A DNA stretch of 63,480 nt, counting the filler, from an uncultured Methanosarcinales archaeon (GTDB lineage Archaea > Nanobdellota > Nanobdellia > Woesearchaeales > CAZKBD01): assembly GCA_964550945.1 (NCBI GenBank). It is 6 parts of 6 records of this genome, joined end to end, with 100 filler letters (N's around TTAATTAATTAA, not from the genome) between each part and the next. Parts side by side here need not be neighbours in the genome. Positions count along the whole stretch, not along the records: positions 33,877 to 44,903 come from CAZKBD010000063.1; positions 45,004 to 55,993 come from CAZKBD010000064.1; 4 more parts are not named here. One strand, written 5' to 3'. Positions 38,857 to 49,009 of this stretch are shown here, piece after piece (within the stretch, counting starts at the first letter, position 1; each line of letters begins with the position of its first letter). The notes under the pieces were generated by a model. It did not search any database. It worked only from the letters and a program-made list of their open reading frames with translations, and was not told the DNA's origin. The translations under genes and the position numbers were made by a program.

Positions 38857-40275
38857 TTATTTTCTTGCCAGCACTAGCTCTAATAATCTAACATAATGCT
38901 GAGGCAATTCTCCCACAGCCCTTTCAATCTCATCTGTTAATCCGTTATGAGCTTGAGCAGGATCTCTTTCAGCATTAAGGTCCATTGGATGATCTCTAAT
39001 CTGAAGGCTTGCCTTTCTTCCGTCCTTAAAATGCACAACATGATGCAAAGACCTGTAACCCGTATCTTTAGGATTCATGATATAATCTGGTTTTGTGACC
39101 TCTATTGACTCAACCCCTGCATAGCCTCTTTTAGCATCACTAGCAACATCAGACATCCTATAACACTCTTTATCATCGTTACTTGGCATTACAACCATCC
39201 TAAACCTATAAAAATCATTAATGTAATCACCTTCTTTTCTTTCTCCAAGCACAATCTGGCTAACCTTTTGTAACAGCCTTTCTAAATCCTTTGTTCCATA
39301 CCTAATTACCACCAGAGGTGTAAAATGATCCGCATACTGAAAAACCACATCCTTTACTGCTGTATAAACATTTGTCGGCATCCTTTTATTGGTAAACAGC
39401 CTAGCCTCATTAAATCGAGAGATGTTATACCTAGCGATTCCAGAAAATATGTCCTCTAAAACATTGTAGTCGCTGGTTGATCTAGAAAACGGCAGTTGAT
39501 TCAAGCGGCTTACCAGATAACCTAGTAATTGTCGCTGAGGAGAGGGGTTATCCACTATTGTTTTTATCTGGCTTAAAGAACCATGATCTCTTCCATTAGC
39601 TTGTATAATAAGCTCTAACCTTGCTAAGATATCAGTTAGAACACTGTCCATAACGCTCCTAACTGCTTCTTCACCGATATTTTTTTGCCTGAATATTATT
39701 CTTGCATCTTCTTTAAGGCTTATATCAGCTCCATTACATTTGTCGCATCTTATCTGCCCATTTACAAGTTCAGTTAATGTGGGATATACAAAATCAGAAT
39801 AGCTCAGCCCTTCGTTTTTTGGCGTAACTCCGTCTGGAACATACAATCTTGCAACCTGCTTCTTTCTTCCACTGCCACTAGTACAAGGATCGCATATTGC
39901 TTCAAACTCAAGAGATTCTTTAGAAGGGAATGCACGAGGTTGATGCCCATTTTCCTTAATATACTCTGCTGAGATTCCTAACGCTACTCCCCTGATATTA
40001 TGCAGCCTTGCTGTTTGCGCATCTAGTTCGCGAGCAAACCAATCTTCAGGTACATTTAGCGCAATCCTAACAGCATTAACAAGTTCGCTTAAAGTTCCAC
40101 CTATCTCATGTTCACTTTGGTCATACAAAATTTGTGCATGATAGCGCTTCTCTATCTCATTCTCTCCATGATTTTCAAGTATATTTGTAAGAATAGCTTG
40201 AGCAGCTTCTTGATCAAATACCCCCCCTAAAAGGCGCGCGATTCTTCTATGGGTATCCCTTTGTTTTGCCTGCAT
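38857..40275 (-). CDS. RelA/SpoT synthetase-domain protein with N-terminal Zn-ribbon (divergent)
   Basis: TKDLERLLQK, INDFYRFRMVV, DYIMNPKDTGYRSLH, SLQIRD..M...AE....AH; CDPC/CDKC. Confidence 0.78.
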   Translation of the reverse strand: MQAKQRDTHRRIARLLGGVFDQEAAQAILTNILENHGENEIEKRYHAQILYDQSEHEIGGTLSELVNAVRIALNVPEDWFARELDAQTARLHNIRGVALGISAEYIKENGHQPRAFPSKESLEFEAICDPCTSGSGRKKQVARLYVPDGVTPKNEGLSYSDFVYPTLTELVNGQIRCDKCNGADISLKEDARIIFRQKNIGEEAVRSVMDSVLTDILARLELIIQANGRDHGSLSQIKTIVDNPSPQRQLLGYLVSRLNQLPFSRSTSDYNVLEDIFSGIARYNISRFNEARLFTNKRMPTNVYTAVKDVVFQYADHFTPLVVIRYGTKDLERLLQKVSQIVLGERKEGDYINDFYRFRMVVMPSNDDKECYRMSDVASDAKRGYAGVESIEVTKPDYIMNPKDTGYRSLHHVVHFKDGRKASLQIRDHPMDLNAERDPAQAHNGLTDEIERAVGELPQHYVRLLELVLARK

Positions 40276-40296
40276 ATAGCTATATTTATTGGTAGA

Positions 40297-40311
40297 ATTT
40301 ATAAATCTTTC
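40297..40311 (-). promoter_or_regulatory. BRE-TATA promoter of the synthetase-like gene
   Basis: GAAAGATTTATAAAT ~22 nt before the ATG. Confidence 0.55.
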
Positions 40312-40349
40312 TATTTTTACTACTAATTAATAACAAATAATAAAAGAAT

Positions 40350-41582
40350 CTACTCAGGAAGCTCGCTTGCAAGCCTAACTAACTCCATTTCATTCGCTCT
40401 TATTATCTCTTTGTATGTCAGCCCTTTTATCGGCTCTACATGGCTTGGAACATCTCTGAATCTAGAACAGCCTTCAGGCAAGTATAGATTTTTAATTGCA
40501 GCGCTGCCAATCCTGCAATCCATATATAGCGTTTCAGGTAGAGTCTTAGAATCATGTTCTTCTGCCAAGGCAGCTACATACCTTTTTATTGTTGCCCTAA
40601 AACTGGAAGGGTCTTCACTGCTCTCATAAGTCATCTTTCTCATCAGTGGAGTATCTACATATCGCTCAAGCTCGCCATCAATTTGAGCAGCCAATTCAGG
40701 ATTAATGTGCGCTGCAAATTCCTTAGCCAGCCTCTCAAATTCAGATCGGACAGTATTGCATAATCTTGCATATCCATTGAATAGGCTTTCTCCTGTTTTA
40801 TCTCTAGTGGAATTAGCATATCTTTTCATATGATTAGCGCTGCTGTGGATATTGAAAAAACCCTTGAACTGGTTTGCAACAGCTATTGCTCCACTATAAT
40901 CTGTGCTGCCAGACCATCCAGCTATTGGACGAGTATCCCTGCAATTATCTGCGCTATCTCCCATTTTAATGCCTCTTGCTTCAGCGCTTCTAATAGACTC
41001 AAGATATGCTAAATAATGAACATCTTTTACGTGAGTCAGTTCCCAGACTGAAGTATAGTATGATTGGAGTTCTTCTTCAGTTAATCTTTGTTCATATTGA
41101 GCCAAATGGTCTGTTATACTCCTGCAAAATCTATCCTTAAAACCATTAGGAATGCCATCATAAATCAAAACAGGCCGATCGCCTCTAGGCAGCCTTATTG
41201 CCTCATTTACAAGGTTTTTGCCCCTTCTTTCAGGAGCATCGTGAACAGCAGCAGCAGCAATCGTAACTGCATCCCATCCGTCTTCAGCTACATTCATCAT
41301 TACATTATAGCAATGCCTGAAATACAGCCCTCCAGTTACTCTTCTTTGGTTTCTATGAGTCAAGAGCGCGTAAGCTGTTGAAAATGTTATTGCTGCTATT
41401 CCTTTCGGCGTTTTTTCTATTCTTGATGTATCAATTATTGGATCTGTAAACTTATGGAAACTTGGAGTAGCGACAATAGAATCTATATACTCGTTCCTTC
41501 TATGGCCTGGTTGTATAACTAAGGGAATTTTGCCTTCAGCTATAATCTTCTCTGCTAAATCAGATATTTCTGCATCGTCCAT
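40350..41582 (-). CDS. RelA/SpoT-type HD hydrolase domain protein (SAH/Mesh1-like, extended)
   Basis: HRNQRRVTGGLYFRH, AAAAVHDAPE, VWELTH, IKMGDSADN. Confidence 0.8.
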   Translation of the reverse strand: MDDAEISDLAEKIIAEGKIPLVIQPGHRRNEYIDSIVATPSFHKFTDPIIDTSRIEKTPKGIAAITFSTAYALLTHRNQRRVTGGLYFRHCYNVMMNVAEDGWDAVTIAAAAVHDAPERRGKNLVNEAIRLPRGDRPVLIYDGIPNGFKDRFCRSITDHLAQYEQRLTEEELQSYYTSVWELTHVKDVHYLAYLESIRSAEARGIKMGDSADNCRDTRPIAGWSGSTDYSGAIAVANQFKGFFNIHSSANHMKRYANSTRDKTGESLFNGYARLCNTVRSEFERLAKEFAAHINPELAAQIDGELERYVDTPLMRKMTYESSEDPSSFRATIKRYVAALAEEHDSKTLPETLYMDCRIGSAAIKNLYLPEGCSRFRDVPSHVEPIKGLTYKEIIRANEMELVRLASELPE

Positions 41583-41610
41583 CTTTCACAGTTATGCAAC
41601 TAACTCCTCA

Positions 41611-41625
41611 TTTTTAAATCTTTCG
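41611..41625 (-). promoter_or_regulatory. BRE-TATA promoter of the HD gene
   Basis: CGAAAGATTTAAAAA ~29 nt before the ATG. Confidence 0.5.
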
Positions 41626-41716
41626 CTTTTCATTACTATAAAGTAAAAACATTACCACTTAAACACATTTAAACCAAGAAAGACCGCTCTTTTATATGGG
41701 TAAATATTAGGAATAT

Positions 41717-42112
41717 TTATGCTTTTTGTATACTAATTGATATCTCGATGTCTTTTTGCTGGATATGCCTTATTAATTTCCTATTTAAATCACAGGAAGC
41801 CTTATCCGCATTTATCCCAAATGTCCTTTTAGAAATAAACTCGGTTTTTCTGATTACAATCTCTTTTTCATCAGAAAACTCAGTGTTTGCCTCACATATG
41901 ACCTCTTCGATTAAGCTACCAGCTTTAATCGTTACCTTTATTTTCTTGTTGTTTTTTACTATCTCAATCAGCTTATTCAAATCAAAATCAGCATTTACGC
42001 CAATAATGCAGTCAGCGTTCTTAGAAATATCCTCATCTTTAGTGAACTCTAATGTGGTTTTGTGGGCTCCGGTGATGTTAGGATGACTGTAAGCTGTGAA
42101 AGAATAAGACAT
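41717..42112 (-). CDS. DUF371 family protein
   Basis: HPNI...HKTTLEFTKD......DCIIGV.A, VIRK..F...RT..I.ADKAS.DL; start at MSYSF. Confidence 0.88.
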   Translation of the reverse strand: MSYSFTAYSHPNITGAHKTTLEFTKDEDISKNADCIIGVNADFDLNKLIEIVKNNKKIKVTIKAGSLIEEVICEANTEFSDEKEIVIRKTEFISKRTFGINADKASCDLNRKLIRHIQQKDIEISISIQKA

Positions 42113-42113
42113 C

Positions 42114-42335
42114 TTATCTCTTGACAATATCCTCGATAGGCTTTTTCTTTTTTGCTTCTGCAGCCATCTTCTCCAAATCAACGCCCAAGTCCTTAAGGCC
42201 TTTCACATGCATCTGCATCAGCTGCTCAACTATCTGCAATATCTTCATCATCTCTTCCCTTTCTTTTGCCAATGTGCTCAGGGCCCCTTTATGGAATCCA
42301 ATCTGCTCTTCGTTGCTTGATTTGTTTTTTGCCAT
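42114..42335 (-). CDS. small helical hypothetical protein
   Basis: 73 aa, coupled to DUF371, host-like composition. Confidence 0.7.
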   Translation of the reverse strand: MAKNKSSNEEQIGFHKGALSTLAKEREEMMKILQIVEQLMQMHVKGLKDLGVDLEKMAAEAKKKKPIEDIVKR

Positions 42336-42390
42336 ATTGCAATTAAAAAGAATAATCTATTTAAATAGTTTGTCATTTAATATAGTATAA

Positions 42391-42927
42391 ATGGAGAATC
42401 TAGCCAGGATAAAGCAGGAGTATGACCAGTTTTATGCATCTTTGATGAATAACGGCCTTTTGCCTATGAGGGATACATCTATAGGATTCTGGTTCTCTTC
42501 TTTGACAAGCGATATTATCGAGCTTTTTAAGAAAATAAGATTAGGGCAGTACAACTATTTTCTTGATATAGGCTCCGGAGATGGCAAAGTAACATTAATA
42601 GCATCAACATTCTGCAGTAAATGTTTTGGTGTTGAATATGATCCAATACTTATCGAGAAAAGCAGGGAGATGCAGAATAAGTTCGGGATAAAAAATGCAA
42701 GATTTCTGCATAAAAACCTTCATGATGTTGATTTTAGGGGATTTGATATTTTATTCTGCTATCCAGACCAGCCAATGGAAAGAGGTTTAGAGCAGAAGCT
42801 TCTTAACGAGCTAAATGGAAAATTAATCGTTTATGGCCCGCATTTCCATCCGACAAGGTTAAAGAAAATAGACTCGTTTTATGCTGGAACTACTTTTGTT
42901 GCGGTTTATGTCAGAGAAAAACCATAA
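42391..42927 (+). CDS. class I SAM-dependent methyltransferase (DOT1-like)
   Basis: FLDIGSGDG, GVEYD, DILF. Confidence 0.82.
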   Translation: MENLARIKQEYDQFYASLMNNGLLPMRDTSIGFWFSSLTSDIIELFKKIRLGQYNYFLDIGSGDGKVTLIASTFCSKCFGVEYDPILIEKSREMQNKFGIKNARFLHKNLHDVDFRGFDILFCYPDQPMERGLEQKLLNELNGKLIVYGPHFHPTRLKKIDSFYAGTTFVAVYVREKP

Positions 42928-43741
42928 TTCCGATATTTTTCATCTTATCATTATGGATATTTATTGTGTTTTTATCGATTATCTCTATCTTTTCTGCTTG
43001 TTTTAATTTTTTATACGTTTCATTGTTCGCTTCTGACATGATGGAATTATAGGACAAATAATCATTTTCTAATTTAAACTCTCTCAGCACAAATATGCCC
43101 TCATCTTCTGTATACAAGACAGCGCTCCTTAACATCCCTTCAAATATCCGGGAAATATCTTTTGAATGCTTTTCAATAATCTTTAGGTTGTTTTTTGCTA
43201 TCTTTATTGACTCCTCGCAATTGAGGCTGCAGGGAAAATGGCTTAACAAGCTTAAGTCAAGATGCCTTATAGCAACATTATTGTAAAATGGAAAAATAAA
43301 TCCTTTTGAATTTTTCAAGCTAGCTAGAACATAATCATTCTTTTTTTTGGATTCTATCGGGAAGTTTTTTTCAAAAAAATTGATGCAGCAGTCTGGATAG
43401 CCCAGCAGCTTACCTAGCTCCTTATGGTTGCTTTCTGCCTCTGCTTTTTTGGCTTGCTCTGCTTTTTCCTTTGATTTTGAGATGTAAACAAAATAGCTGC
43501 CTTTTTCATTGATAGGCAATCTTATTCCTTTGTTTGAGAATCTGTTTTCATCAATCTCTTTGCTTATTTTGAAATCAGAAACAGCAAAAGATAGGTTGTT
43601 TTTATTGAAAAAAGTTTTATAATCATCTAATTGGCTTTCATCAGCCATTATCCTGGAAACATCTTTAACGCCCTCAATAACATAAAGAACATCCAATGCC
43701 TTAGTCATCGATTTGAATAAATCAGTCAGAGCATCAATCAT
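42911..43741 (-). CDS. DUF483-like protein
   Basis: LGKLLGYPDCCINFF and HFPCS..C..S motifs; start at MIDAL. Confidence 0.7.
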   Translation of the reverse strand: MIDALTDLFKSMTKALDVLYVIEGVKDVSRIMADESQLDDYKTFFNKNNLSFAVSDFKISKEIDENRFSNKGIRLPINEKGSYFVYISKSKEKAEQAKKAEAESNHKELGKLLGYPDCCINFFEKNFPIESKKKNDYVLASLKNSKGFIFPFYNNVAIRHLDLSLLSHFPCSLNCEESIKIAKNNLKIIEKHSKDISRIFEGMLRSAVLYTEDEGIFVLREFKLENDYLSYNSIMSEANNETYKKLKQAEKIEIIDKNTINIHNDKMKNIGIMVFL

Positions 43742-43831
43742 AAGAACGGTTAGAATTTGTTTGTATAAAATTGTTTCGATTGATGATACTGGGTATATTG
43801 TTAGCAAGTAGGCTTTTTGAAGAAAGTTTGA

Positions 43832-44047
43832 ATGAAACTAATCCTAAACAGATTAGTGGAGGTTAAAATGACAGCACCATGCGTTAGTTTATCGGCAATA
43901 AATATACTTATCTCTTTAGCTATTTTAGTTGGTTTTTTGTCTCAACAAAAAGTAAGACAATTTTTTAAGGATAATAGTTGGATTTGGTTGTTGATAGGAC
44001 TCTTAATAATTAGTGGATCAATACAATTTAAACTAACTTGTCCTTGA
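43832..44047 (+). CDS. small membrane protein (hypothetical)
   Basis: Two hydrophobic segments; GGAGGT RBS suggests an internal start at 43868. Confidence 0.45.
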   Translation: MKLILNRLVEVKMTAPCVSLSAINILISLAILVGFLSQQKVRQFFKDNSWIWLLIGLLIISGSIQFKLTCP

Positions 44048-44337
44048 TACATAAAATTGTATAATCCATCGGTATTATACTAAGAATGGTTGGCTGCTAT
44101 TTACTTCTGCGGTTATGGTGTCATTGGGGATCTTTAGGCAACAAACGGGTGATGTATGGTAACAAAGCTCTGAAAAGGGCTAAAACTCCCAAATATGCCC
44201 TGTAATATAGACTATTTAATTAGGCTAATTCTAGGTGTTAACCTAACTAATTAGCCGCAAGTTCTCTGTGTGCAACGGAACGCAAAACCCAAAAGTTTAT
44301 ATATGTGTACCCACATACTTCACATAGGTGATAAAAT

Positions 44338-44556
44338 ATGCCAAACATGACATTATCGATACCAACGGAACTGCATGATATTGTAAAACAGCACACTGAA
44401 ATAAAGTGGAGTGAAGTAGCTAGAAGAGCAATGTGGATTCAAGCCAGAAAGCTTAGTCTGATGGACAGGCTGGCAGGAAAAAGCAAGCTCAGTGAAAAAG
44501 ATATTGAAGAACTTGACCACAAGATTAAGGCAGGGCTGTTCAAAAGGTTTGCATGA
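44338..44556 (+). CDS. RHH-type antitoxin (VapB-like)
   Basis: NMTLSIP.EL...[14 protein letters not shown] overlap with the PIN gene. Confidence 0.78.
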   Translation: MPNMTLSIPTELHDIVKQHTEIKWSEVARRAMWIQARKLSLMDRLAGKSKLSEKDIEELDHKIKAGLFKRFA

Positions 44557-44903
44557 TGAGGATTATTGTAGATTCAAACATGATATTATCCGCTTTGCTG
44601 AAACAAGGTCTGAGCAGGAAAATAATATCCTCTCAAAACATAGAGTTCTATACCCTAGATTATGTTCTTAAGGAGATTGGAAAGTATATGGGCTATATTA
44701 TTCAAAAGTCAGGCATGCAAAAGGACGAGATAGAGGCGTTGCTTAGCTATTTTATGGAAAATATTGTAGTATTATCTGATGAAGAAGTTAATTCAAAAAT
44801 GGGTGAAGCAAAAAAGATCATGGAGAAGATCGATATTCGCGATTCTCCAATATTGGCATGTGCATTAGCAATCTCTAATGATGGAATATGGACAGAAGAC
44901 AAA
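44553..44903 (+). CDS. PIN-domain toxin (VapC-like), 3'-truncated
   Basis: [26 protein letters not shown]. Confidence 0.88.
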
Positions 44904-45003
44904 NNNNNNNNNNNNNNNNNNNNNNNNNNNNNNNNNNNNNNNNNNNNTTAATTAATTAANNNNNNNNNNNNNNNNNNNNNNNNNNNNNNNNNNNNNNNNN
45001 NNN
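44904..45003. other. artificial contig spacer
   Basis: N44-TTAATTAATTAA-N44. Confidence 0.98.
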
Positions 45004-45038
45004 ATTGACAAAACAAATTTTATGCTAAAATCTAGCAA

Positions 45039-46439
45039 CTATCTATCGCGTTGACTATAACTTAAGAATCCTGTCCCATTTTTTAATAATAACTCGCTTT
45101 CCTTTTCTGATTTAGAATCCGCAATGACCCTTACAATATTATGCTCTGTCTTTGATTGCCTGAACCAGATAAAAGAATCTCCTTTTACTGCTTTTATGCT
45201 TGTTTTTTGTTTTTTAATTTTGAAATTATCTTTTTTATAATGGTTTATTATCTTATCTTTTATTTTATCATTGAAAATAGCATCTTTTAATCTTTCAGTG
45301 AGGGTGTAATATTTTGGTAAACAACCAATCAGCTCTTTTAATGATTTATTTTTTTTAATTATTAGTTTAATTATCAGCAACAATGTAAGAATCCCATCCC
45401 TGCATTTTGAAGGCGGCACTATAACTCCTCCATTAGAGCCTTCTCCGCCAATTGCTGCCTTTTTCTTATACATTTCATCCACAACATTTATCTCTCCAAC
45501 CTCTGTTTCTATTACCTTTGCGTTCAGCCCATCTGCAATTTCAATTATCAGGCCAGAAGTTGCATCATTAACAACTATTGTCTGATTCTTTTTATTCAAA
45601 ACTTCATAAATGCACAAAGCTAAGGCATAATTTCCATCAACTAAGCTCCCATCAGGCAAAATAAGTTCAACTCTGTCTGCATCACAGTCAAAGCCAGCTC
45701 CAAAATCTGCTTTTTTCTCTGCAATAACCCCTTTAAGATATGACAGAGATTCGCCATTCGGCTCTATTAAGCGAGCGAATTTTCCAGGCTCATCATTGAT
45801 AGAAGCAACATTAATTCCAAATCTCTTGAGAATGCCTTTCGCAACTATTCCAGCGCCGCCATTAGGGTCAATCAGGATTTTTATATCTCTCAGTTTTTTA
45901 TTATTTCTTTTAAAAAAATTGTTTTTATTAACTAGTTTATTGAGAAAATGGAAGTATATATCAAGAGCATCTTTATGTTTCTTGGTTATCTTCTTGATTT
46001 TTAGGTCATTACCCTTATACAAATGCCTGTCAAAAAAATCTATTCCATTTAATCCTTTGATCTCAAAAAATCTTTTTATAACGGCATTCATATCCTTAGG
46101 CCTTAGAATTGCTCCATCCTTGCCAAGAAATTTGAATCCGTTATATCTTGGCTCATTGTGGCTGGCAGTGATTATAACCCCGCCATCTGCCTTGTACTCC
46201 CGAACAGCTAACTCTACTGCTGGAGTGGGCATTACTCCAACATCAACAAACTCAGCATCAATAGAATCAAAAACAGCTTGCTTTAATCTCTCGCTGCTCT
46301 CTCTTGTGTCAGTCCCAACAACCACTTTCAAATTCTTCCCAAGAAACTGGCCATAACAATAGCAGAATTTTCTTGCGACATCATCTGTCAATTCTTTTCC
46401 ATATATTCCTCTTATCCCTGAAAATGAAGCTATGAGCAT
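45039..46439 (-). CDS. phosphohexomutase (PMM/PGM/GlmM family)
   Basis: SGIRG, ITASHN..YNG.K, FDCDADR, GGEGSNGG, RDG. Confidence 0.92.
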   Translation of the reverse strand: MLIASFSGIRGIYGKELTDDVARKFCYCYGQFLGKNLKVVVGTDTRESSERLKQAVFDSIDAEFVDVGVMPTPAVELAVREYKADGGVIITASHNEPRYNGFKFLGKDGAILRPKDMNAVIKRFFEIKGLNGIDFFDRHLYKGNDLKIKKITKKHKDALDIYFHFLNKLVNKNNFFKRNNKKLRDIKILIDPNGGAGIVAKGILKRFGINVASINDEPGKFARLIEPNGESLSYLKGVIAEKKADFGAGFDCDADRVELILPDGSLVDGNYALALCIYEVLNKKNQTIVVNDATSGLIIEIADGLNAKVIETEVGEINVVDEMYKKKAAIGGEGSNGGVIVPPSKCRDGILTLLLIIKLIIKKNKSLKELIGCLPKYYTLTERLKDAIFNDKIKDKIINHYKKDNFKIKKQKTSIKAVKGDSFIWFRQSKTEHNIVRVIADSKSEKESELLLKNGTGFLSYSQRDR

Positions 46440-46477
46440 AAAAACAACTAAGTCTAGATTTATTTATAAACTTTTAG

Positions 46478-47701
46478 CTACAAAACTGCGAAAGCAGCCC
46501 ATAAAGCCAGAAGTATGATAATAACCACAATTGCCCACGTAATTATATTATAAGACCAATGGTTTGTATACTCGCCCATTATCTTTTTATTGTTGATCAG
46601 CAGGATCATAGGTATTAATGTAAATGGAAGTATTATGCCGTTAATGACCTGTGATGCAAGCATTACCTTTACAAGAGGGATGTTGGGAATCAAAATGACC
46701 AAAGCAGATATTATCAGTATCAACGCCAAGATATTATAGAATGTTCTTGCATGCTTATACTTGCGGTTTATTCCAGATTCCCAGCCAAATGCCTCGCAGA
46801 TATAGTAAGCAGTGGACAAGGGCAGGATAAAAGCCCCAAACAAAGCAGCCCCAAAAAAGCCAATTGCAAATATTGATTGAGCCATATTTCCTAATAAAGG
46901 CTGCAAAGCCATAGCAGCATCAGATGCGCTGTTTATTGATACCTTATTCATAAACAAAGTAGCTCCGCATGCAACAATAATGAAAAATGAGACAATATCA
47001 GTCATCAGGCTGCCCAAAATGACCTCTATGCGTGAATATGCATAGTTCTTCAGTTTTACGCCTTTCTCAGCAATCGAGCTTTGGAGATAGAATTGCATCC
47101 ATGGCGTGATTGTAGTTCCAATGACTCCTATCAGCACAACAAGATACAAAGGGCTGTATGCTATTTGAGGATGAAAAGTTGCCTTTGCAACCTCACCCCA
47201 GTCAGGCTTTGCCATAAATCCAGAAACAACATACGAAACATAAAACAAAATCATAAACAGGAACACTTTTTCCAGATTTTTATAGCTGGATTTCAGTATA
47301 AGGAACCAGATAGCAATCGCGCATATAGGGACTAAAAGGTATTTGTTCATCCCAAAAATTGCCCCAGCTGATGCAATGCCGGCAAATTCTGATATGGTTG
47401 TAGCGATATTAGCTATCAGCAATCCGACCATTATAAAAAAGGTTATCTTAACGCCAAAATTCTCCCTGATAAGGTCTGCAAGTCCTTTTCCGGTTACAAC
47501 TCCCATCCTTGCCGCCATTTCCTGGATGATCACTAGTGCCAAAGTAATTGGGATTAATGCCCATAGCATAGAATACCCGAAGTGGGCTCCTGCAACAGAA
47601 TAAGTTGTTATGCCTCCAGCATCATTATCGACATTAGCAGTGATTATACCCGGACCGACCACAGCCAAGAAGATCAAGATGTTTTTATAGCTGATTCTCA
47701 T
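46478..47701 (-). CDS. Nramp-family divalent metal transporter (Mg-type subfamily)
   Basis: GPGIITANVDNDAGGI, QEMAARMG.VTG.GL, GTTITPW. Confidence 0.9.
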   Translation of the reverse strand: MRISYKNILIFLAVVGPGIITANVDNDAGGITTYSVAGAHFGYSMLWALIPITLALVIIQEMAARMGVVTGKGLADLIRENFGVKITFFIMVGLLIANIATTISEFAGIASAGAIFGMNKYLLVPICAIAIWFLILKSSYKNLEKVFLFMILFYVSYVVSGFMAKPDWGEVAKATFHPQIAYSPLYLVVLIGVIGTTITPWMQFYLQSSIAEKGVKLKNYAYSRIEVILGSLMTDIVSFFIIVACGATLFMNKVSINSASDAAMALQPLLGNMAQSIFAIGFFGAALFGAFILPLSTAYYICEAFGWESGINRKYKHARTFYNILALILIISALVILIPNIPLVKVMLASQVINGIILPFTLIPMILLINNKKIMGEYTNHWSYNIITWAIVVIIILLALWAAFAVL

Positions 47702-48954
47702 TTCTTATATCCTTTAGCCATGAATATCCTCTTTTTCCAGGATTCTGGCATTATTTCAGTGAGCACATCATCAGCTTTGACTATTCCTTTTAATATGTTA
47801 TTTTGGTCCACAACAGGCAAAGTATAAAGCCCATATTTGGCCAGAGCATTTGCAATCTCATCTTTTTTTGCATCAATCTTTACCTTAACAACCTGTTTTT
47901 TCATGATCTTTGTAACACTTATCTTCGGATCTGCAGTAAGCAACGACCTTATCGAGAGCACTCCAGATAAGCGATTTTTCTCATCAATTATATACAGATG
48001 ATAGCTTTCTTCAGAGCTCGGCTTCAATTTTCTCAATAAGTTGATTGTTAGCTGCGCAGTAAAATCCTTTGGTATTGCGATAACCTTTGTATGCATTATC
48101 GCTCCTGCAGATTCTTCTGGATAATTCAGGATTTCTTTGATCTTTTTGGCATACTCAGGATGGATCAGCATCAGAAGATTGTCTGCTTTTTTCTTTGGCA
48201 TCAGGCTTAATATATCAGCAGCATGGTTAGGTGATATTGTCTCTAAAATTTCCATTATCCTGTTGGCTTTGAGGTTTTTGAAGAACGAGCTTTGGACATT
48301 TGGCTCAGCCTCAACAAATGTCTTTGCTGCCTTCTCTTTGTCGAGAGAGTTAAAGATTAAAACCCTCTCTTCATGCGTGAGGTCTTCCATGATATCAGCA
48401 ATATCGCTGGGATGCAGATCACCAATCTTGTCTTTCTGGTATTTTATGTGGATATTGTGCAGCCCTTCCTGCAACGGCTCAACTGACTGCCATGGTATGA
48501 TGTGCTCTTCAATTTTAGGGGTAAATGAAGTTAATCTCTCTATTCCAAGCCTTCTGGCCAGGCTTTTTGCGCCAACGCCTACAGCAACAACACAAAATTT
48601 GCCATCCAACTTCCCAAGAACAACGTCATTTACTCTCACAACTTTAAGCCCGTGAAGGTCCACAATCTGCTTGTCAACCAGATCTCCGACTAAAAATTCA
48701 TTTCCATGCACAAAAGAAGGATTCAAATCAGCAAGGCAATCATTCAGCTCGATTATGATCTCTTTGTCTCTCTTTAATTCTTTTACAAATCTCCATGAGA
48801 TCTTTTTTTTGTATTTGTCTTCTCCGGCATATATGAGGTGGGTTATTTCAGCGTAATCCTCTCCGTCAATAAAAACCAGGTCCTTAACTACCCCTATCTT
48901 CTTTCCATCACAGTCTATTATCGGCTTGTTTTTTAATTCACTAAAGTCCACCAT
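47698..48954 (-). CDS. PRC-barrel + MgtE intracellular N + CBS domain protein
   Basis: DKQIVD..G.KVVRVND, LHPSDIADI, YPEESAG..M, LPVVD; coupled to the Nramp gene. Confidence 0.85.
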   Translation of the reverse strand: MVDFSELKNKPIIDCDGKKIGVVKDLVFIDGEDYAEITHLIYAGEDKYKKKISWRFVKELKRDKEIIIELNDCLADLNPSFVHGNEFLVGDLVDKQIVDLHGLKVVRVNDVVLGKLDGKFCVVAVGVGAKSLARRLGIERLTSFTPKIEEHIIPWQSVEPLQEGLHNIHIKYQKDKIGDLHPSDIADIMEDLTHEERVLIFNSLDKEKAAKTFVEAEPNVQSSFFKNLKANRIMEILETISPNHAADILSLMPKKKADNLLMLIHPEYAKKIKEILNYPEESAGAIMHTKVIAIPKDFTAQLTINLLRKLKPSSEESYHLYIIDEKNRLSGVLSIRSLLTADPKISVTKIMKKQVVKVKIDAKKDEIANALAKYGLYTLPVVDQNNILKGIVKADDVLTEIMPESWKKRIFMAKGYKK

Positions 48955-49009
48955 CGCAAATACCTGAAACTTACTATCATAAAAAGCTTTCTATTTTGGA
49001 TTACGCCTG

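Noticed and set aside
44223..44256. Hairpin GGCTAATT...AATTAGCC upstream of vapBC
   Set aside because: Single isolated stem with no second copy seen; function cannot be supported
45796..46356. Long antisense ORFs (also 35531..36067, 48137..48655, 53730..54287, 59031..59501 and others)
   Set aside because: Shadows of well-supported genes on the opposite strand
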